Shown here one piece after another: positions 62,343 to 64,000 of a stretch of DNA of 64,000 bases. The stretch comes from Basidiobolus meristosporus CBS 931.73 (Eukaryota > Fungi > Basidiobolomycota). How positions within the stretch are numbered: the first letter of the stretch is position 1; the number at the start of each line of letters is the position of its first letter. The notes under the pieces are model-generated. The model did not search any database, had not been told where the DNA came from, and saw nothing but the letters and a program-made list of their open reading frames with translations. The position numbers were made by a program, and so were the translations under genes. The stretch is from NCBI GenBank assembly GCA_002104905.1, contig MCFE01000352.1, forward strand, positions 1 to 64,000, in the 5' to 3' direction.

Positions 62343-64000
62343 CTACTCGATTACTTTCCACTAATGTAGGGTACAACGGTTCGTCCATCATTTAGCAACA
62401 AGTCCACGATAACATGACGTGATAGAACAAACCTGAATTACACAGCCGTCCATGCCGCCGGTAGAGAGCACGTACTCGCCATCGCAAGAGAATGCCACGT
62501 TGGTGACGAAGGACGAGTGTCCTTTGTAAGATTTGGCGGGCGCCTACAATGAGCATTGTCGTTAGGGAGGATTGAGGTTGTGCAGAAGAGCCCAGGGGTT
62601 CTTACGTTTTCTCTGTATGCTGGGTAGCTGTATAGTTTGACTTGGGAACGGGTATTTCCGCTCACCAGAACATTTCCTCTGGGGCTCCTGGAAACGGCAT
62701 AGATCTAAGGTGCGTGGGGTCCGAGTTACACACGATCGGATAGATTTAAATGAGCATCACTTACCTCCCGGCCAGTCATCCAGGATTCTTGGGTGCCTAG
62801 AGTTGGCCAGCCAATAGGGCATTCGTAGGTATTCCAGTCAACATCAGAGAGCTTGGAAGGGTGTTTTTGTTGTTCACACGATGGTATTTGCCCTGCGTAT
62901 GGATGGTCCAAGATGAGTTCAGACATTTGTGGTTGAATCATTTGCCAAGGAGCGCTTACAAAACAACAGTTCAGAGTCGATGCTATTTGATTGTAGATGT
63001 TGTGAGTCATTTGACCAGTCCATTCGTGTCACCCTGCTCGAATGTCCCTATTGTGAAACGGCGGAGGTCTGAACAAACAGTCCACTTGAAAGCCCATGGG
63101 AAATACATACATGACAGGTCCCAATGTGTTTCCATCCTTTTGTTGCGTATATATCGATACCGGTGTCCGCTGAGAATGCCCCGATAGCGAGATATTCCCC
63201 ATTTGGGGAGTATTTCACAACATGTTGCCAACTATCTATGGTTTGGGCTTTCTTCGGCTCAATTTCGTGGATTTTGGTGAGCCCTTGTAGCTCCAAGATG
63301 ATCAACTACGTGGATGGTTGTGTTATCCAAACATGCACGGACATTTATGCCGATGCATATGCGAATAGATCTACCTTGTCTGTTACTGCTGTGACAGCTA
63401 TCTGTTGCTCCCTCGGATGAATTGCCACTGAACGCAACGGAATGCCCAAATTTACCTTGTGAATCTGTTTCCAAGCGAATGGTTAGCACATTCAAATTGT
63501 TCGGTGCGTTATGCACTAACCAATTTCTTTTGGTGCATATCCCAGTGCGCTACCACTTGATCATCACCACAGGTAACAAATTCTGGCGCGTCCGGATGTG
63601 TAGCAAGCCCCCATACTTCGCTCATCTTAAAGCTGTCGTGAGCCTTGGGGATTTGGTTAGCGGTGTGGGTTCCGTCTGATCTATTTCAATCCACACGTAC
63701 CATCACAAGTACTTTTGGTTTTGCTGGATCCTTCAAGTCCAAATGATATATTACCGAATCCTCAGTGCCCACCACCAGGGTGTTTTCGTCACATTTCTCC
63801 AAAGCACGAATGCTTTTCCCAACCCCATTCCAAACCATGCGCGGGGCACTTTTGGACGAGGGTTGATGCTCCATAATTTTACCGTCTTTACCTCCACTGT
63901 AGAAATGGCCTGCACTCTTGTCGAAATGCATAGCGAAGATCGGTCCCTGCGAAATCAAACGATCAATACGAAGTTGACAAGCAGAGAATATCTCTACGAG
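62343..64000 (-). CDS. Echinoderm microtubule-associated protein-like (EML/EMAP) WD40 protein, 3' part; 5' end outside the window
   Basis: Spliced C-terminus ECPIGWPTLG..IYAVSRS..VKLYSYPA..YKGHSSFVTNVAF..VLSTGGMDGCVIQWKVIE* parallels the EML C-terminus (TCVLGF..VHLFSYPC..GHSSHVTNVDF..STGGKDTSIMQWRV). Confidence 0.85.

Overview
Eukaryotic genomic DNA, most likely from an early-diverging fungus (short GT-AG introns with CTAAC-type branch points, fungal-type genes plus an EMAP-like gene). The window has two sharply different halves. Positions 1 to ~35.2 kb are an AT-rich, CpG-depleted transposon nest whose insertion order can be reconstructed from junctions. It contains Ty1/Copia and Ty3/Gypsy relics and a Ty3/Gypsy element A (4802-15615). 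A's gag-pol is interrupted by a younger, related but diverged LTR element B (8082-11697) that encodes only Gag-protease. Nested CMC/CACTA-like DNA transposons follow, with CCCTA termini, a 3-bp TSD and two divergent genes. Every flank of the A/B family is a 4-mer centred on CG or on its deamination product. From ~35.6 kb to the end is a compact, CpG-rich island of 18 intron-containing or intronless genes: CFEM-like GPI protein, taxilin, arrestin, MFSD1-like transporter, PAC-like protein, DUS1, DUF1648 protein, GPI-anchored protein, PIG-L, TPR, TBC, CYSTM, importin-13-like, Ecl1-like, secreted orphan, gluconokinase with a frameshift, MIR1 and a partial EML. All calls are by-eye motif recognition and manual alignment; no searches were run, and exon boundaries and some ends are approximate.
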